From an uncultured Chromatiales bacterium (GTDB taxonomy: Bacteria; Pseudomonadota; Gammaproteobacteria; CBFCYW01): 64,000 nucleotides of DNA. Shown piece by piece: positions 1 to 9,425 of this stretch. The notes beneath the pieces were generated by a model. It was not told where the DNA came from. It did no database searches and saw nothing but the letters and a program-made list of their open reading frames with translations. A program made the translations under genes and the position numbers. The DNA is taken from assembly GCA_965602395.1 (NCBI GenBank), contig CBFCYW010000003.1, positions 19,501 to 83,500 of the forward strand. The letters run 5' to 3'. The stretch's first letter is position 1. Every line of letters begins with the position of its first letter.

Positions 1-311
1 AGTGGAGCAGCGAAGAGCTGATCGCCCGCGGCGAGAGCGTTTACAAGACCAACTGCGCCAGCTGTCACCAGGCCCAGGGCCAGGGTATCCCGGGCGTGTT
101 CCCGGCGATCGCCGGCAGCGCAGTCGCCACCGGCGCGCTCGACGGCCATCTGGATGTCATCTACAACGGCGTCGCCGGCACCGCTATGGCGGGCTTTGGC
201 GCGCAGTTGAGCGATCTGGATATCGCCGCGGTGATCAATTACCAGCGCAATGCCTTCGGCAACAACGCCGATGGTGCCCTGCAGCCCGCCGATGTCGCGG
301 CACTGCGCTAA
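1..311 (+). CDS. coxB: cytochrome c oxidase subunit II, C-terminal cytochrome c domain (5' end lies outside window)
   Basis: Frame-3 translation ...SEELIARGESVYKTNCASCHQAQG... contains a CxxCH haem c motif; stop TAA 309-311; directly upstream of coxA. Confidence 0.8.
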   Translation, partial: WSSEELIARGESVYKTNCASCHQAQGQGIPGVFPAIAGSAVATGALDGHLDVIYNGVAGTAMAGFGAQLSDLDIAAVINYQRNAFGNNADGALQPADVAALR

Positions 312-337
312 CGCTTTAGAACAGGGGAGCAACTGAC

Positions 338-1918
338 ATGACTGCGACCACGGCAGAGCATCATGACGAGCACCACGACGAGCCGGCCAAGGGCTGGCGG
401 CGTTGGGTTTTCACCACCAACCACAAAGACATAGGTACGCTGTATCTCTGGCTCAGCCTGATCATGTTCTTCATCGGCGGGGCGATGGCGCTGATCATCC
501 GCGCCGAGCTGTTCCAGCCGGGGATGCAGATCACCGATCCCAGCTTCTTCAACCAGATGACCACCATGCACGCGCTGATCATGGTCTTCGGCGTGGTGAT
601 GCCGGCGACCGTGGGGCTGGCCAACTGGATGATCCCGATGATGATCGGCGCGCCGGACATGGCGCTGCCGCGGATGAATAACTGGTCCTTCTGGATCCTG
701 CCCTTCGCCTTTGCCATGCTCGCCAGCACGCTGTTTATGGAAGGTGGCGGGCCGGCGGCCGGCTGGACGCTGTACCCGCCGCTGGTGTTGCAGGGCGGCA
801 CCAGTTTTGCCTTCGTGATCTTCGCCATCCACTTCATGGGCATCAGCTCGGTGATGGGTTCGATCAACATCGTCGCGACCATTTTCAACATGCGCGCGCC
901 GGGTATGACCCTGCTGAAAATGCCGCTGTTCGTGTGGACCTGGCTGATTACCGCCTACCTGCTGATCGCCACCATCCCGGTGTTCGCCGGCGCGGTGACC
1001 ATGCTGCTGACCGACAAATTCTTCGGCACCAGCTTCTTCAGCGCGGCCGGTGGCGGCGATCCGGTGATGTACCAGCACATCTTCTGGTTCTTCGGCCATC
1101 CCGAGGTCTACATCCTGATCCTGCCGGCCTTCGGCATCGTCTCGGCGATCATCCCGACCTTCTCGCGCAAGCCGCTGTTCGGCTACGCATCGATGGTCTA
1201 CGCCACGGCGTCGATCGCCTTCCTGTCGTTCATCGTCTGGGCGCACCACATGTTCACCACCGGCATGCCGCTGGCGGGCGAGCTGTTCTTCATGTTCAGC
1301 ACCATGCTGATCGCGGTGCCCACCGGGGTGAAGGTGTTCAACTGGGTGGCCACCATGTGGCGCGGCTCGCTGACCTTCGAGACGCCGATGCTGTTCGCCG
1401 TGGGCTTCGTGGTGATGTTCACCATCGGCGGCCTCTCCGGGCTGATGCTGGCCATGGCGCCGATCGACTTCCAGTACCACGACACCTACTTCGTGGTGGC
1501 CCACTTCCACTACGTGCTGGTGCCGGGAGCGGTGTTCTCGATCATGGCCGCGGCCTACTACTGGCTGCCCAAGTGGACCGGATACATGTACGACGAAAAA
1601 CTCGGCAAGATCCACTTCTGGACCTCGACCGTGTTCGTCAATCTGCTGTTCTTCCCGATGCACTTCGTCGGTCTGGCGGGCATGCCGCGACGCATCCCGG
1701 ACTACAACCTGCAGTTCGCCGACTGGAACGCGGTGGCCACCATCGGTGCCTTTGGCTTCGGCTTCGCCCAGCTGATCTTCGTCTGGGTGCTGATCAAGTG
1801 CATCAAGGGTGGAGAAAAGGCCACCGACGAGGTCTGGGAAGGCGCGGATGGTCTGGAGTGGACGGTGGCCTCGCCGGCGCCCTACCACACCTTCTCCACT
1901 CCGCCTGATGTGAAATAG
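338..1918 (+). CDS. coxA: cytochrome c oxidase subunit I (aa3-type)
   Basis: 526 aa, 12-TM haem-copper oxidase signature (GHPEVY, HHMF, WAHHMF); RBS GGGAG upstream. Confidence 0.97.
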   Translation: MTATTAEHHDEHHDEPAKGWRRWVFTTNHKDIGTLYLWLSLIMFFIGGAMALIIRAELFQPGMQITDPSFFNQMTTMHALIMVFGVVMPATVGLANWMIPMMIGAPDMALPRMNNWSFWILPFAFAMLASTLFMEGGGPAAGWTLYPPLVLQGGTSFAFVIFAIHFMGISSVMGSINIVATIFNMRAPGMTLLKMPLFVWTWLITAYLLIATIPVFAGAVTMLLTDKFFGTSFFSAAGGGDPVMYQHIFWFFGHPEVYILILPAFGIVSAIIPTFSRKPLFGYASMVYATASIAFLSFIVWAHHMFTTGMPLAGELFFMFSTMLIAVPTGVKVFNWVATMWRGSLTFETPMLFAVGFVVMFTIGGLSGLMLAMAPIDFQYHDTYFVVAHFHYVLVPGAVFSIMAAAYYWLPKWTGYMYDEKLGKIHFWTSTVFVNLLFFPMHFVGLAGMPRRIPDYNLQFADWNAVATIGAFGFGFAQLIFVWVLIKCIKGGEKATDEVWEGADGLEWTVASPAPYHTFSTPPDVK

Positions 1919-1976
1919 GCAGACACCTACGGCCCGTGGCGGCGACAGTGCCGCCACAGGCGATTTCGGAGGGCAG

Positions 1977-2084
1977 ATGAACGTGGCGCTGAAATCCAAG
2001 TACCGCTTGCCGATCATCCTCGGGCTGGTGGCGCTGGGCTTTTACCTGCTTGGCATGTGGACCGTGGCGAGCAGCGGCGGATGA
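1977..2084 (+). CDS. small hydrophobic protein (35 aa, single TM) between coxA and cox11; not in supplied ORF track
   Basis: ATG 1977 preceded by GGAGGG; MNVALKSKYRLPIILGLVALGFYLLGMWTVASSGG; stop TGA overlaps the cox11 ATG (ATGA coupling). Confidence 0.35.
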   Translation: MNVALKSKYRLPIILGLVALGFYLLGMWTVASSGG

Positions 2085-2689
2085 GTGGAGAACCCACCAG
2101 TGGTGCCAATCGCCGCACGCTGTTCAAGCACCTGCTGATCGTCGTCGGCATGTTTGGCTTCGGCTACCTGATGGTGCCGATCTACGACGTGCTTTGCGAT
2201 ATCACCGGCCTCAATGGCAAGACCGGCGTGATCAGCGAGAGCGACTCCCGGCAGTTGCAGGTGGATGAGCAGCGCGAGGTGGTGGTCGAGTTCGTCTCGG
2301 TGATCAACGCCGGCGGGCAATGGGAGTTCCGCCCCGTGCAGGCGCGCATGACGGTGCGCCCGGGCAAGCTGTACACCACCAGCTACTACGCCAGAAATCT
2401 GAGCGGCAACCCGGCGGTCGGTCAGGCGGTGCCCAGCGTGGCGCCGACCGTGGCCTCGAAGTACTTCAACAAGACCGAGTGCTTCTGCTTCACTCGCCAG
2501 GTGTTCGCGGTTGGTGGCGACAAAGACATGCCGCTGACCTTCGTGATCGATCCCGGGCTGCCGCGCAGCGTGGAGACGGTGACCCTGTCGTACACCTTCT
2601 TCGACACCGGCGAGCAGCCCGATGAACAACAACCCCGAAATTCGGCAGCCGGCGCGCCGCCCGCCGCCGCGGATTCGGACAACGGCTGA
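2081..2689 (+). CDS. ctaG: cytochrome c oxidase assembly protein CtaG/Cox11 (copper insertion)
   Basis: Cox11 family (TM anchor LLIVVGMFGFGYLMVPIYD, CFCF motif); start ATG 2081 preferred over 2057 because of ATGA coupling with upstream small ORF. Confidence 0.9.
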   Translation: MSGEPTSGANRRTLFKHLLIVVGMFGFGYLMVPIYDVLCDITGLNGKTGVISESDSRQLQVDEQREVVVEFVSVINAGGQWEFRPVQARMTVRPGKLYTTSYYARNLSGNPAVGQAVPSVAPTVASKYFNKTECFCFTRQVFAVGGDKDMPLTFVIDPGLPRSVETVTLSYTFFDTGEQPDEQQPRNSAAGAPPAAADSDNG

Positions 2690-2776
2690 CAGGTCGAGAA
2701 CATCCGCCAGCCCGTGCAGATATTCAACAGCCTGCCAACAATGATCAAAAGACTGGCTTTCGAGAGGTAAGGACTA

Positions 2777-3643
2777 ATGGCTACAGCTGGCTACTACGTG
2801 CCCCATGAGGCGCGCTGGCCGATCATCGGCTCGATCGGTTTGTTCGTGTTCTTTTCCGGTTTTGCCATGTTGCTGAACCAGAACAGCGCGGGTTCGACCA
2901 CCATGCTGGTAGGCACGGCAATCGTCGTCTACATGATGTTCCGCTGGTTCGGCGAGGTGATCCGCGAGAGCGAGGGCGGTATCTACAACGGCAAGGTGGA
3001 CATCTCCTTCCGCATGGGCATGGGCTGGTTCATCTTCTCCGAGGTGATGTTCTTCGCCGCCTTCTTCGGCGCCCTGTTCTACGCCCGCGTGCTGGCGGTC
3101 AGCTGGCTCGGCGGCGATGGCGCCGGCAGTGCCGCCTCGACCAACGCCTTCCTGTGGCCGGATTTCGAAAGCACCTGGCCGACCAACGGCCCGGCCGGCA
3201 TCGGCGGCGACTATCAGGTCATGGGCGCCTGGGGGCTGCCGGCGCTGAACACGCTGATCCTGCTGATCTCCGGCGTGACCTGCACCTTCGCCCACCACGC
3301 GATCAAGGAAAATCGCCGCCAGGGCATGGTGATGTGGTTGCTGGCCACCGTGGCGCTGGGCTTTTTGTTCGTCGGTCTGCAGGCGCTGGAATACGCTCAC
3401 GCCTACGGCGACATGAACCTCACTCTGGAGACCGGCATCTACGGCTCCACCTTCTTCTTGCTCACCGGCTTCCACGGCTTCCACGTGACCATGGGCGCGG
3501 TGATGCTGCTGGTGGTGATGCTGCGCGGCATGAAGGGTCACTTCAGCGCCGACAACCACTTCGCGTTCGAGGCTGCCGCCTGGTACTGGCACTTCGTCGA
3601 TGTGGTCTGGCTGGGCTTGTTCATCTTCGTCTACCTGCTGTGA
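2777..3643 (+). CDS. coxC: cytochrome c oxidase subunit III
   Basis: 288 aa, 7-TM CoxIII family; follows cox11 as in the Pseudomonas cox cluster. Confidence 0.95.
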   Translation: MATAGYYVPHEARWPIIGSIGLFVFFSGFAMLLNQNSAGSTTMLVGTAIVVYMMFRWFGEVIRESEGGIYNGKVDISFRMGMGWFIFSEVMFFAAFFGALFYARVLAVSWLGGDGAGSAASTNAFLWPDFESTWPTNGPAGIGGDYQVMGAWGLPALNTLILLISGVTCTFAHHAIKENRRQGMVMWLLATVALGFLFVGLQALEYAHAYGDMNLTLETGIYGSTFFLLTGFHGFHVTMGAVMLLVVMLRGMKGHFSADNHFAFEAAAWYWHFVDVVWLGLFIFVYLL

Positions 3644-3675
3644 CGCGCTAGCCCGGGGCGCGCGTGCGCTACGGT

Positions 3676-3710
3676 GAAAAGGCGTTTCCCTGCGGGGAAG
3701 CGCCTTTTCC
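3676..3710. terminator. bidirectional rho-independent terminator between coxC (+) and DUF2909 gene (-)
   Basis: GAAAA-GGCGTTTCCC-tgc-GGGGAAGCGCC-TTTTCC hairpin flanked by A/T runs. Confidence 0.45.
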
Positions 3711-3746
3711 ATCTCTGCATGGCGGGCTTTGCGGCAGGGCTGTCGC

Positions 3747-3959
3747 TCAGAAGGGGCGGGGATTCGGCTCGATCAGCCCGGTGGCGATGGCCACCATGAT
3801 CAGAATGAAAGCGAACACCGACAGCGAGATGCGCACCGTCAGCGCGCGCACCGTGCGCTTGGTTTTGCCCTTGTCGGTGAACATGAAATACAGCGCCGAG
3901 AACAGGCTGACCACGATGAACAGCAGCAGGATCACGATCAGCAGCTTGACCAATAGCAT
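3747..3959 (-). CDS. twin transmembrane helix small protein (DUF2909), cox-cluster associated
   Basis: 70 aa MLLVKLLIVILLLFIVVSLFSALYFMFTDKGKTKRTVRALTVRISL...; two TM helices; matches DUF2909 consensus (SLFSGLYF..D.G..RTV.ALT.R..LS); TATAAT-like -10 about 30 nt upstream on minus strand. Confidence 0.8.
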   Translation of the reverse strand: MLLVKLLIVILLLFIVVSLFSALYFMFTDKGKTKRTVRALTVRISLSVFAFILIMVAIATGLIEPNPRPF

Positions 3960-4067
3960 GCGCGGGACTCGGTTGGCGGAGGGGGCCGGCATTATAGCGG
4001 AAGCCGGTGCTGCATCCCGCGCTGCGCGAGGTGCGCGCCGGCGAGCCGGCTGCGACCGCCGCAGGCG

Positions 4068-4847
4068 ATGAGATTGCGCTGCTGGGGACTGGAATTCCGC
4101 CCCGGGCTGTGGGCCAGCCTGGCGCTGTTCGCGGTGCTGCCGGCGCTGCTGGCACTGGGTCGCTGGCAGCTGGATCGGGCCGCTGAGAAACAGGCGTTGC
4201 TGGCCGATTTTGCCGCCGCACGCCAGGCGCCGGCGCTCGGCATCGCCGCACTCGATGGCGTGGCCGGCGGCGCTGAGCCTGATAGCGAGCCCTTGCAGTA
4301 CCGCGACCTGAGCCTGCGCGGCCAGCTCGACGGCGAGCGCCAGTTGCTGCTCGACAATCGCGTCTATCGCCACCGCGCCGGCTTTGAGGTGCTCACCCCG
4401 CTGCATCTCGCCGATGGCCGCACGCTGCTGATCAACCGCGGCTGGGTGGCGCTCGGCGCGAGTCGCGAGCAGCTGCCCGATGTCGGCTTGAGCGCTCAAG
4501 TGGCCGCTGGCGACGTCGCCGTCGAAGGTATTTTCGTGCGTCCCTCGCGAGCCTTTGCGCTCGGCGACGCGCTGGCCGGTGACCGCGGCGGCTGGCCGCG
4601 CATCGTGCAGTATTACGACTTCACCGCGCTGGCCGCACTGCTGCGCGCGGAGCTGATCCCCGGGGTGCTCTACCTGCACGCTGAGCACCCGGCGACACTG
4701 GTGCACAACTGGCGGCCATTGCCCGAGGGGCCGCAGAAACACTACAGCTACGCCACCCAGTGGTTCTCCATGGCCGGCGTGGTGCTGATCCTGTATTTCA
4801 CATTGAATACGCGACGCCTGCGTCGCGGGGAGCGCGAGAGTGACTGA
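4068..4847 (+). CDS. surf1: SURF1 family cytochrome oxidase assembly protein
   Basis: 259 aa, two terminal TM segments, SURF1-like core; cox cluster context. Confidence 0.85.
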   Translation: MRLRCWGLEFRPGLWASLALFAVLPALLALGRWQLDRAAEKQALLADFAAARQAPALGIAALDGVAGGAEPDSEPLQYRDLSLRGQLDGERQLLLDNRVYRHRAGFEVLTPLHLADGRTLLINRGWVALGASREQLPDVGLSAQVAAGDVAVEGIFVRPSRAFALGDALAGDRGGWPRIVQYYDFTALAALLRAELIPGVLYLHAEHPATLVHNWRPLPEGPQKHYSYATQWFSMAGVVLILYFTLNTRRLRRGERESD

Positions 4848-5445
4848 GGCGGCGCGAGAGCAATCTGCGACCATCGGACGGCTGAAACTATTGGCGCTGA
4901 TCGGTGCCTTCGCCGGGCCATTGCTGCTGGCCAGCATCTGGTTCGCACTGACCGATCCGCAGGGCGAGGTGGATACGCGCAACAACGGCCAGTTGATCGA
5001 ACCCGCGCATCCGCTGACGGACTTCAGCCTGCGCCTCGCCGATGGCAGTGCGTTTGCGCTCGACGACCTGCGCGGGCACTGGACGATGGTGTACTTCTCC
5101 GCCGGGGAATGCGCCGAGCAGTGCGTCCAGAACCTCTACCACATGCGCCAGGTGCGGCTGTCGCTGCACAAGCGGATGCACCGCGTGCAGCGCCTCTATA
5201 TCGGCGCTCCGCTGGGCGATGAGCTGGTCGCCGAGCACCCCGGATTGCTGATCGCCACAGACGGGCAGATGGGCGAATTGCGCGATCAGTTCGACGCCGC
5301 GGAAGCGCAGCTCGGGCCGCTGCCGCAGGCGATCTATCTGGTCGATCCGCTGGGCAACCTGATGCTGCGCTTCGATCCGGCGCTGGACCCGCGCAAGATG
5401 CTCAAGGATCTGAAGCACCTGCTGAAAGTGTCGAGAATCGGCTGA
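4840..5445 (+). CDS. SCO1/SenC-like thioredoxin-fold protein (membrane anchored)
   Basis: GTG start overlapping surf1 stop; GHWTMVYFSAGECAEQC resembles the Sco CxxxC region; C-terminal YLVDPLG motif; the conserved Cu-ligand His before YLVDP is not evident. Confidence 0.55.
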   Translation: MTEAAREQSATIGRLKLLALIGAFAGPLLLASIWFALTDPQGEVDTRNNGQLIEPAHPLTDFSLRLADGSAFALDDLRGHWTMVYFSAGECAEQCVQNLYHMRQVRLSLHKRMHRVQRLYIGAPLGDELVAEHPGLLIATDGQMGELRDQFDAAEAQLGPLPQAIYLVDPLGNLMLRFDPALDPRKMLKDLKHLLKVSRIG

Positions 5446-6443
5446 TGATCCGCCATCCGATAATCTTCCGCCTCGCCCTGGCGGCCAGTGCGCTGGCGCT
5501 GGTGGTGGTGGTGCTGGGCGCCTGGGTGCGGCTGTCCGACGCCGGCCTGGGCTGCCCCGACTGGCCGGGCTGCTACGGCCACCTCGGCGTGCCGGACGAG
5601 GCGCACGAGGTCGCCGCCGCCAACGCCGCCTACCCGCAGCGCCCGGTGGAGGCGGACAAGGCCTGGAAGGAGATGATCCACCGCTACGCGGCTTCGATTC
5701 TCGGCCTGCTGATCGCCGCCATCGCGGTGCTCGCCTGGCGCGCGCGACGCCGCGGGGAGGGCGTCGGCAAGCTGCCCTATGCGCTGTTTGCGCTGGTCGT
5801 ATTCCAGGGGCTGCTGGGCATGTGGACGGTGACCCTGCTGGTCAAGCCGATCATCGTCCTCGCCCACCTCGCTGGTGGCCTGAGTACGCTGGCGCTGCTC
5901 TGGTGGCTGGTGCTGCGCCACTCCGGCTGGGGCGACGGTCAGGTCGCAACGCGGCACCTGCGCGGTCCGGCGCTGCTGGCGCTGGGGGTGTTGCTGGTGC
6001 AGATCCTGCTCGGTGGCTGGACCAGTACCAACTACGCCGCGCTGTCCTGCCCGGATCTGCCCACCTGCCAGGGGCAGTGGTGGCCGCCGATGGATTTCGC
6101 CGACGGCTTCACCCCGTGGCGCGGGCTCGGCATCGATTACGAAGGTGGCGTGTTGGCCAACGAGTCGCGGGTGGCGATCCACGTCGCCCACCGCCTCGGC
6201 GCCATCGCTGCGGCGCTGCTGGTCGGCCTGCTGGCGCTGCTCGCCTGGCGCAGTGGCGGTGTCGCGCGACCGGTGGCGGCGCTGATCGGCGGCCTGCTGC
6301 TGCTGCAGCTGGCGCTGGGCCTGGGCAATGTGCTGCTGAGCCTGCCGCTGGGCGTGGCCACTGCGCACAATGGCGGCGCGGCGCTGCTGCTGCTGTCGCT
6401 GCTGAGCTTGCTGCACCTGCTGTATCCGGCCAAAATGCGCTGA
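5445..6443 (+). CDS. ctaA: haem A synthase (COX15/CtaA)
   Basis: 332 aa; CPDWPGC motif, multi-TM, paired His; TGATG overlap with upstream gene. Confidence 0.9.
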   Translation: MIRHPIIFRLALAASALALVVVVLGAWVRLSDAGLGCPDWPGCYGHLGVPDEAHEVAAANAAYPQRPVEADKAWKEMIHRYAASILGLLIAAIAVLAWRARRRGEGVGKLPYALFALVVFQGLLGMWTVTLLVKPIIVLAHLAGGLSTLALLWWLVLRHSGWGDGQVATRHLRGPALLALGVLLVQILLGGWTSTNYAALSCPDLPTCQGQWWPPMDFADGFTPWRGLGIDYEGGVLANESRVAIHVAHRLGAIAAALLVGLLALLAWRSGGVARPVAALIGGLLLLQLALGLGNVLLSLPLGVATAHNGGAALLLLSLLSLLHLLYPAKMR

Positions 6444-6461
6444 TTGCCTGGGGGAGAAGCC

Positions 6462-7367
6462 ATGAAAGCGACCGAAACGGCCGACGTGCCGCGTGCCATA
6501 CAGTGGCGCGAATATCTTGAGCTGACCAAGCCGAAGGTGGTGTTGCTGCTGGTGTTCACCGCCATTGTCGGCATGTTTTTGTCCACGCCGGGGATGCTGC
6601 CGCTGCAGGAATTCCTCTTCGGCACCCTCGGCATCGGCCTCGCTTCGGCCTCGGCGGCGGCGATCAACCACGTCGTCGACCGCCGCGCCGACGCCGAGAT
6701 GGCGCGCACCCGCAACCGCCCGCTGCCCAAGGGCAGCCTGTCCACCACCGAGTGCCTCACCTTCGCTCTGCTGCTCGGCGCCGTGGCGATGGCGATTCTG
6801 GTGTGGTTGGTGAATCCGCTGACCGCGGCGCTGACCTTCGCTTCGCTGATCGGCTACGCGGTGGTCTACACCATGTACCTTAAGCGCGCCACGCCGCAGA
6901 ACATCGTCATCGGCGGATTGGCCGGGGCGATGCCGCCGGTGCTCGGCTGGGCGGCGATCACCGGTGCGGTGACCGCCGAGTCGCTGCTGCTGGCGCTGAT
7001 CATCTACGTTTGGACGCCGCCGCATTTCTGGGCGCTGGCGATCCATCGCAAGGCCGAGTACGCGCGCGTCGATATCCCCATGCTGCCGGTCACCCACGGC
7101 GAGAATTTCACCCGCCTGCACGTGTTGCTGTACACCGTGCTGTTGCTGGTGGTCAGCGTGCTGCCCTATCTGATCGGCATGAGTGGCCCGCTGTATCTGG
7201 CGGTAGCGCTGCTCGCCGGCGGCGGGTTCCTGTGGCACGCGGTGCTGATGATGGATCCGCAGCGCAGCCGCCAGCCGATCAAGACCTTCGTGTTTTCCAT
7301 CAACTATCTGATGGCGTTGTTCGCCGCGCTGTTGGTCGACCACTACCTGCCGCTGCTGTTTGGCTAG
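6462..7367 (+). CDS. cyoE: protohaem IX farnesyltransferase (haem O synthase)
   Basis: UbiA-family prenyltransferase (NHVVDRRADAEMARTRNRPL); alternative upstream start at 6444. Confidence 0.9.
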   Translation: MKATETADVPRAIQWREYLELTKPKVVLLLVFTAIVGMFLSTPGMLPLQEFLFGTLGIGLASASAAAINHVVDRRADAEMARTRNRPLPKGSLSTTECLTFALLLGAVAMAILVWLVNPLTAALTFASLIGYAVVYTMYLKRATPQNIVIGGLAGAMPPVLGWAAITGAVTAESLLLALIIYVWTPPHFWALAIHRKAEYARVDIPMLPVTHGENFTRLHVLLYTVLLLVVSVLPYLIGMSGPLYLAVALLAGGGFLWHAVLMMDPQRSRQPIKTFVFSINYLMALFAALLVDHYLPLLFG

Positions 7368-7401
7368 CGAAAGGGGGCGGTGTGAGCAGGCAGGCAAACC
7401 G

Positions 7402-7430
7402 AAAAAGCCGCCCAAAGGGCGGCTTTTTCG
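7402..7430. terminator. bidirectional rho-independent terminator between cyoE (+) and rpoH (-)
   Basis: AAAAAGCCGCCC-aaa-GGGCGGCTTTTT perfect hairpin with A-run and T-run on either side. Confidence 0.85.
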
Positions 7431-7451
7431 TGGCCGTGTGTCGAGCGTGGC

Positions 7452-8312
7452 TCAGGCGCTGAGCACGCCCTTGAGCTTTTTCATCGCCGCCTTTTCGATC
7501 TGCCGGATGCGCTCGGCGGAGACGCCGTACTCGCCGGCCAGATCGTGCAGGGTCGGCTTGTGCTCGCTCAGCCAGCGACGCTGCAGAATGTCGCGGCTGC
7601 GCGGGTCGAGATCGCCCAGTGCATCGCGCAGCACACCGTGGCGGCTGGCCGTGTCGCGCTCGCTCTCGACCAGATCCGCCGGGTCGGCCTGCGGCTGCGC
7701 CAGATAGCTGGCCGGGGCGTAGACCTGTTCGTCGTCGGCGCCGGTGGGCAGATCGAAGGAGGTGTCCTGGCCGGCCAGGCGCGATTCCATCTCGTAGACC
7801 TGCTCGGTGGGCACGCCGAGGTCGTCGGCGACCGCCTGCGCCTCCTCCGCGCTGAACCAGGCCAGGCGCTGCTTGCTGCCGCGCAGCTTGAAGAACAGCT
7901 TGCGCTGGGCCTTGGTGGTGGCGACCTTGACGATCCGCCAGTTGCGCAGCACGTATTCGTGGATCTCGGCGCGAATCCAGTGCACGGCAAAGGAGATCAG
8001 GCGCACGCCGACGTCCGGATCGAAACGCTTTACCGCCTTCATCAGGCCGATATTGCCCTCCTGCACCAGATCGGCCAGCGGCAGGCCGTAGCCCTGATAG
8101 CTACGCGCGATATGTACGACAAAGCGCAGCTGCGACATCACCAGGCGGCGTGCGGCGTCGAGGTCGTTGTGCTCCTGCAGTTCGCGCGCCAAACGCTGTT
8201 CCTCGTCCGCGCTGAGTAGCGGGATCTCGGCGATCTTCTGCAGATAGCTGCCGATATCCGTGCCGGGGACGGGGAGTTGCTGCGAATTGCTCGGGACCAG
8301 TGCGTTGGACAT
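7452..8312 (-). CDS. rpoH: RNA polymerase sigma-32 heat-shock sigma factor
   Basis: 286 aa; RpoH box (QRKLFFKLR), sigma-70 regions 2 and 4; ftsYEX-rpoH synteny. Confidence 0.96.
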   Translation of the reverse strand: MSNALVPSNSQQLPVPGTDIGSYLQKIAEIPLLSADEEQRLARELQEHNDLDAARRLVMSQLRFVVHIARSYQGYGLPLADLVQEGNIGLMKAVKRFDPDVGVRLISFAVHWIRAEIHEYVLRNWRIVKVATTKAQRKLFFKLRGSKQRLAWFSAEEAQAVADDLGVPTEQVYEMESRLAGQDTSFDLPTGADDEQVYAPASYLAQPQADPADLVESERDTASRHGVLRDALGDLDPRSRDILQRRWLSEHKPTLHDLAGEYGVSAERIRQIEKAAMKKLKGVLSA

Positions 8313-8447
8313 GGATGCTCCTGCTCATGCGTTGCCGGATGATTTTAGCACTCAAGGTGTTGGAGTGCTAAGCGCCTTTTTAGTTCCTTTTCGGATCGGT
8401 GACTTACCGTTTCTCCAGAAGCACTGCCAGTAGCAGTGATGGCGGGC
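8313..8447 (-). promoter_or_regulatory. rpoH upstream region (expected multiple promoters)
   Basis: 135-nt non-coding interval upstream of rpoH and downstream of ftsX; by analogy with the multi-promoter rpoH of enterics; no site mapped. Confidence 0.3.
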
Positions 8448-9425
8448 TCAGCGCGGCTCGATGTCGCGCAGGTGCCGCCCCACCGCCAGCCAGGCGCCGC
8501 CGAGACCGAGCAGCATGCCGCACAGCATCAGCGTCAGTGCGCTGTCGAGGTTTAGCCCGCTGAACTCGAAGGCGCTGCCGTAGAGCTGCGCCAGGTCGCG
8601 TGCCGGCTCGGCGATCAGCCCCAGCGCGAGGCCCACCAGCAGCACCGCCAGGGCGCCGCCGAGCAGCCCATAGATGGCGCCGCCGTAGAGAAAGGGGCGG
8701 CGCACGAAGCCATCGGTAGCGCCGATCAGCTTGACCACCACGATCTCCTCGCGGCGGCCGAGGATATCGAGGCGGATGGTATTGCCCACCACCAGCAGCA
8801 CGGCGACTCCGAGCAGCGCAGCGACGATCGCCACCGTGCGCTGGATGACGCCGATGATGGCGTGCAGCCGCTGCACCCATTGCAAATCGACCAGGGCATC
8901 GTCGACTGTTTTCAGCGCGCCGAGTTCCTCGGCCAGCGCGGCTACCGCGTCCGGCGCGGCGGTGGCCAGCGGGTGCACCACTACCACGCCCGGCAGCGGG
9001 TTCTCGCCGAGGCTGTCGAGCACCTCGCCAAAGCCGGATAGCTCGCGAAACTCGGCCAGCGCCGCATCGCGGCCAATGTGCCGGGTGCTGGCGATATCGC
9101 TGCGTGCCGCCAGCTGATCGGCGAGTGCCGCGCCCTCGGCTTCGGCCACCGCGTCGCCCAGATACAGCGAGATGCGCGCCGCGCCGTCCCAGTCACTGCC
9201 CAGCGATTGGGCGTTGTGCAGCAGGGCGAAGAAGGCCGTCGGCAGGGCCAGCGCGATGCCGATCACCGCTGCGGTGAGCAGCGTCGCCAGCGGGCTGGTG
9301 AGCAGCTTGCGCAGGCTCATCGCGCAGGCCGCGCGGTGCTGATCCAGCCAGGCGCTGACGTCCAGTTCGCCGCGCTGGCCGCTGCGCCGCTGGCCGCCGC
9401 GGCGCTGATCGCTAGCCCTGGCCAC
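8448..9425 (-). CDS. ftsX: cell division ABC transporter permease FtsX
   Basis: 4-TM FtsX family; GTG start at 9425 (GGAGGG RBS, 14-nt overlap with ftsE) preferred over track start 9482. Confidence 0.85.
   Translation of the reverse strand: MARASDQRRGGQRRSGQRGELDVSAWLDQHRAACAMSLRKLLTSPLATLLTAAVIGIALALPTAFFALLHNAQSLGSDWDGAARISLYLGDAVAEAEGAALADQLAARSDIASTRHIGRDAALAEFRELSGFGEVLDSLGENPLPGVVVVHPLATAAPDAVAALAEELGALKTVDDALVDLQWVQRLHAIIGVIQRTVAIVAALLGVAVLLVVGNTIRLDILGRREEIVVVKLIGATDGFVRRPFLYGGAIYGLLGGALAVLLVGLALGLIAEPARDLAQLYGSAFEFSGLNLDSALTLMLCGMLLGLGGAWLAVGRHLRDIEPR

Noticed and set aside
308-2017. 569-aa minus-strand ORF antisense to coxA, and similar very long antisense/out-of-frame ORFs (5334..7415, 10201..13065 extension, 12713..14458, 15688..17379, 18382..20064, 20092..21342, 23156..24868, 23728..25320, 31214..33232, 31765..33867, 38684..41947, 45504..47420, 53640..56324, 56072..58000, 59764..61629)
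   Set aside because: Translations are Arg/Ala/Gly/Pro/His-rich low-complexity with no domain features. They lie opposite or out of frame to strongly conserved genes. Stop-codon depletion in a 68% GC genome produces such shadow ORFs.
3664-4071. 135-aa plus-strand ORF between coxC and surf1
   Set aside because: Its translation is low-complexity. The minus strand encodes a clean DUF2909 twin-TM protein matching a known family, so the plus-strand ORF is a shadow.
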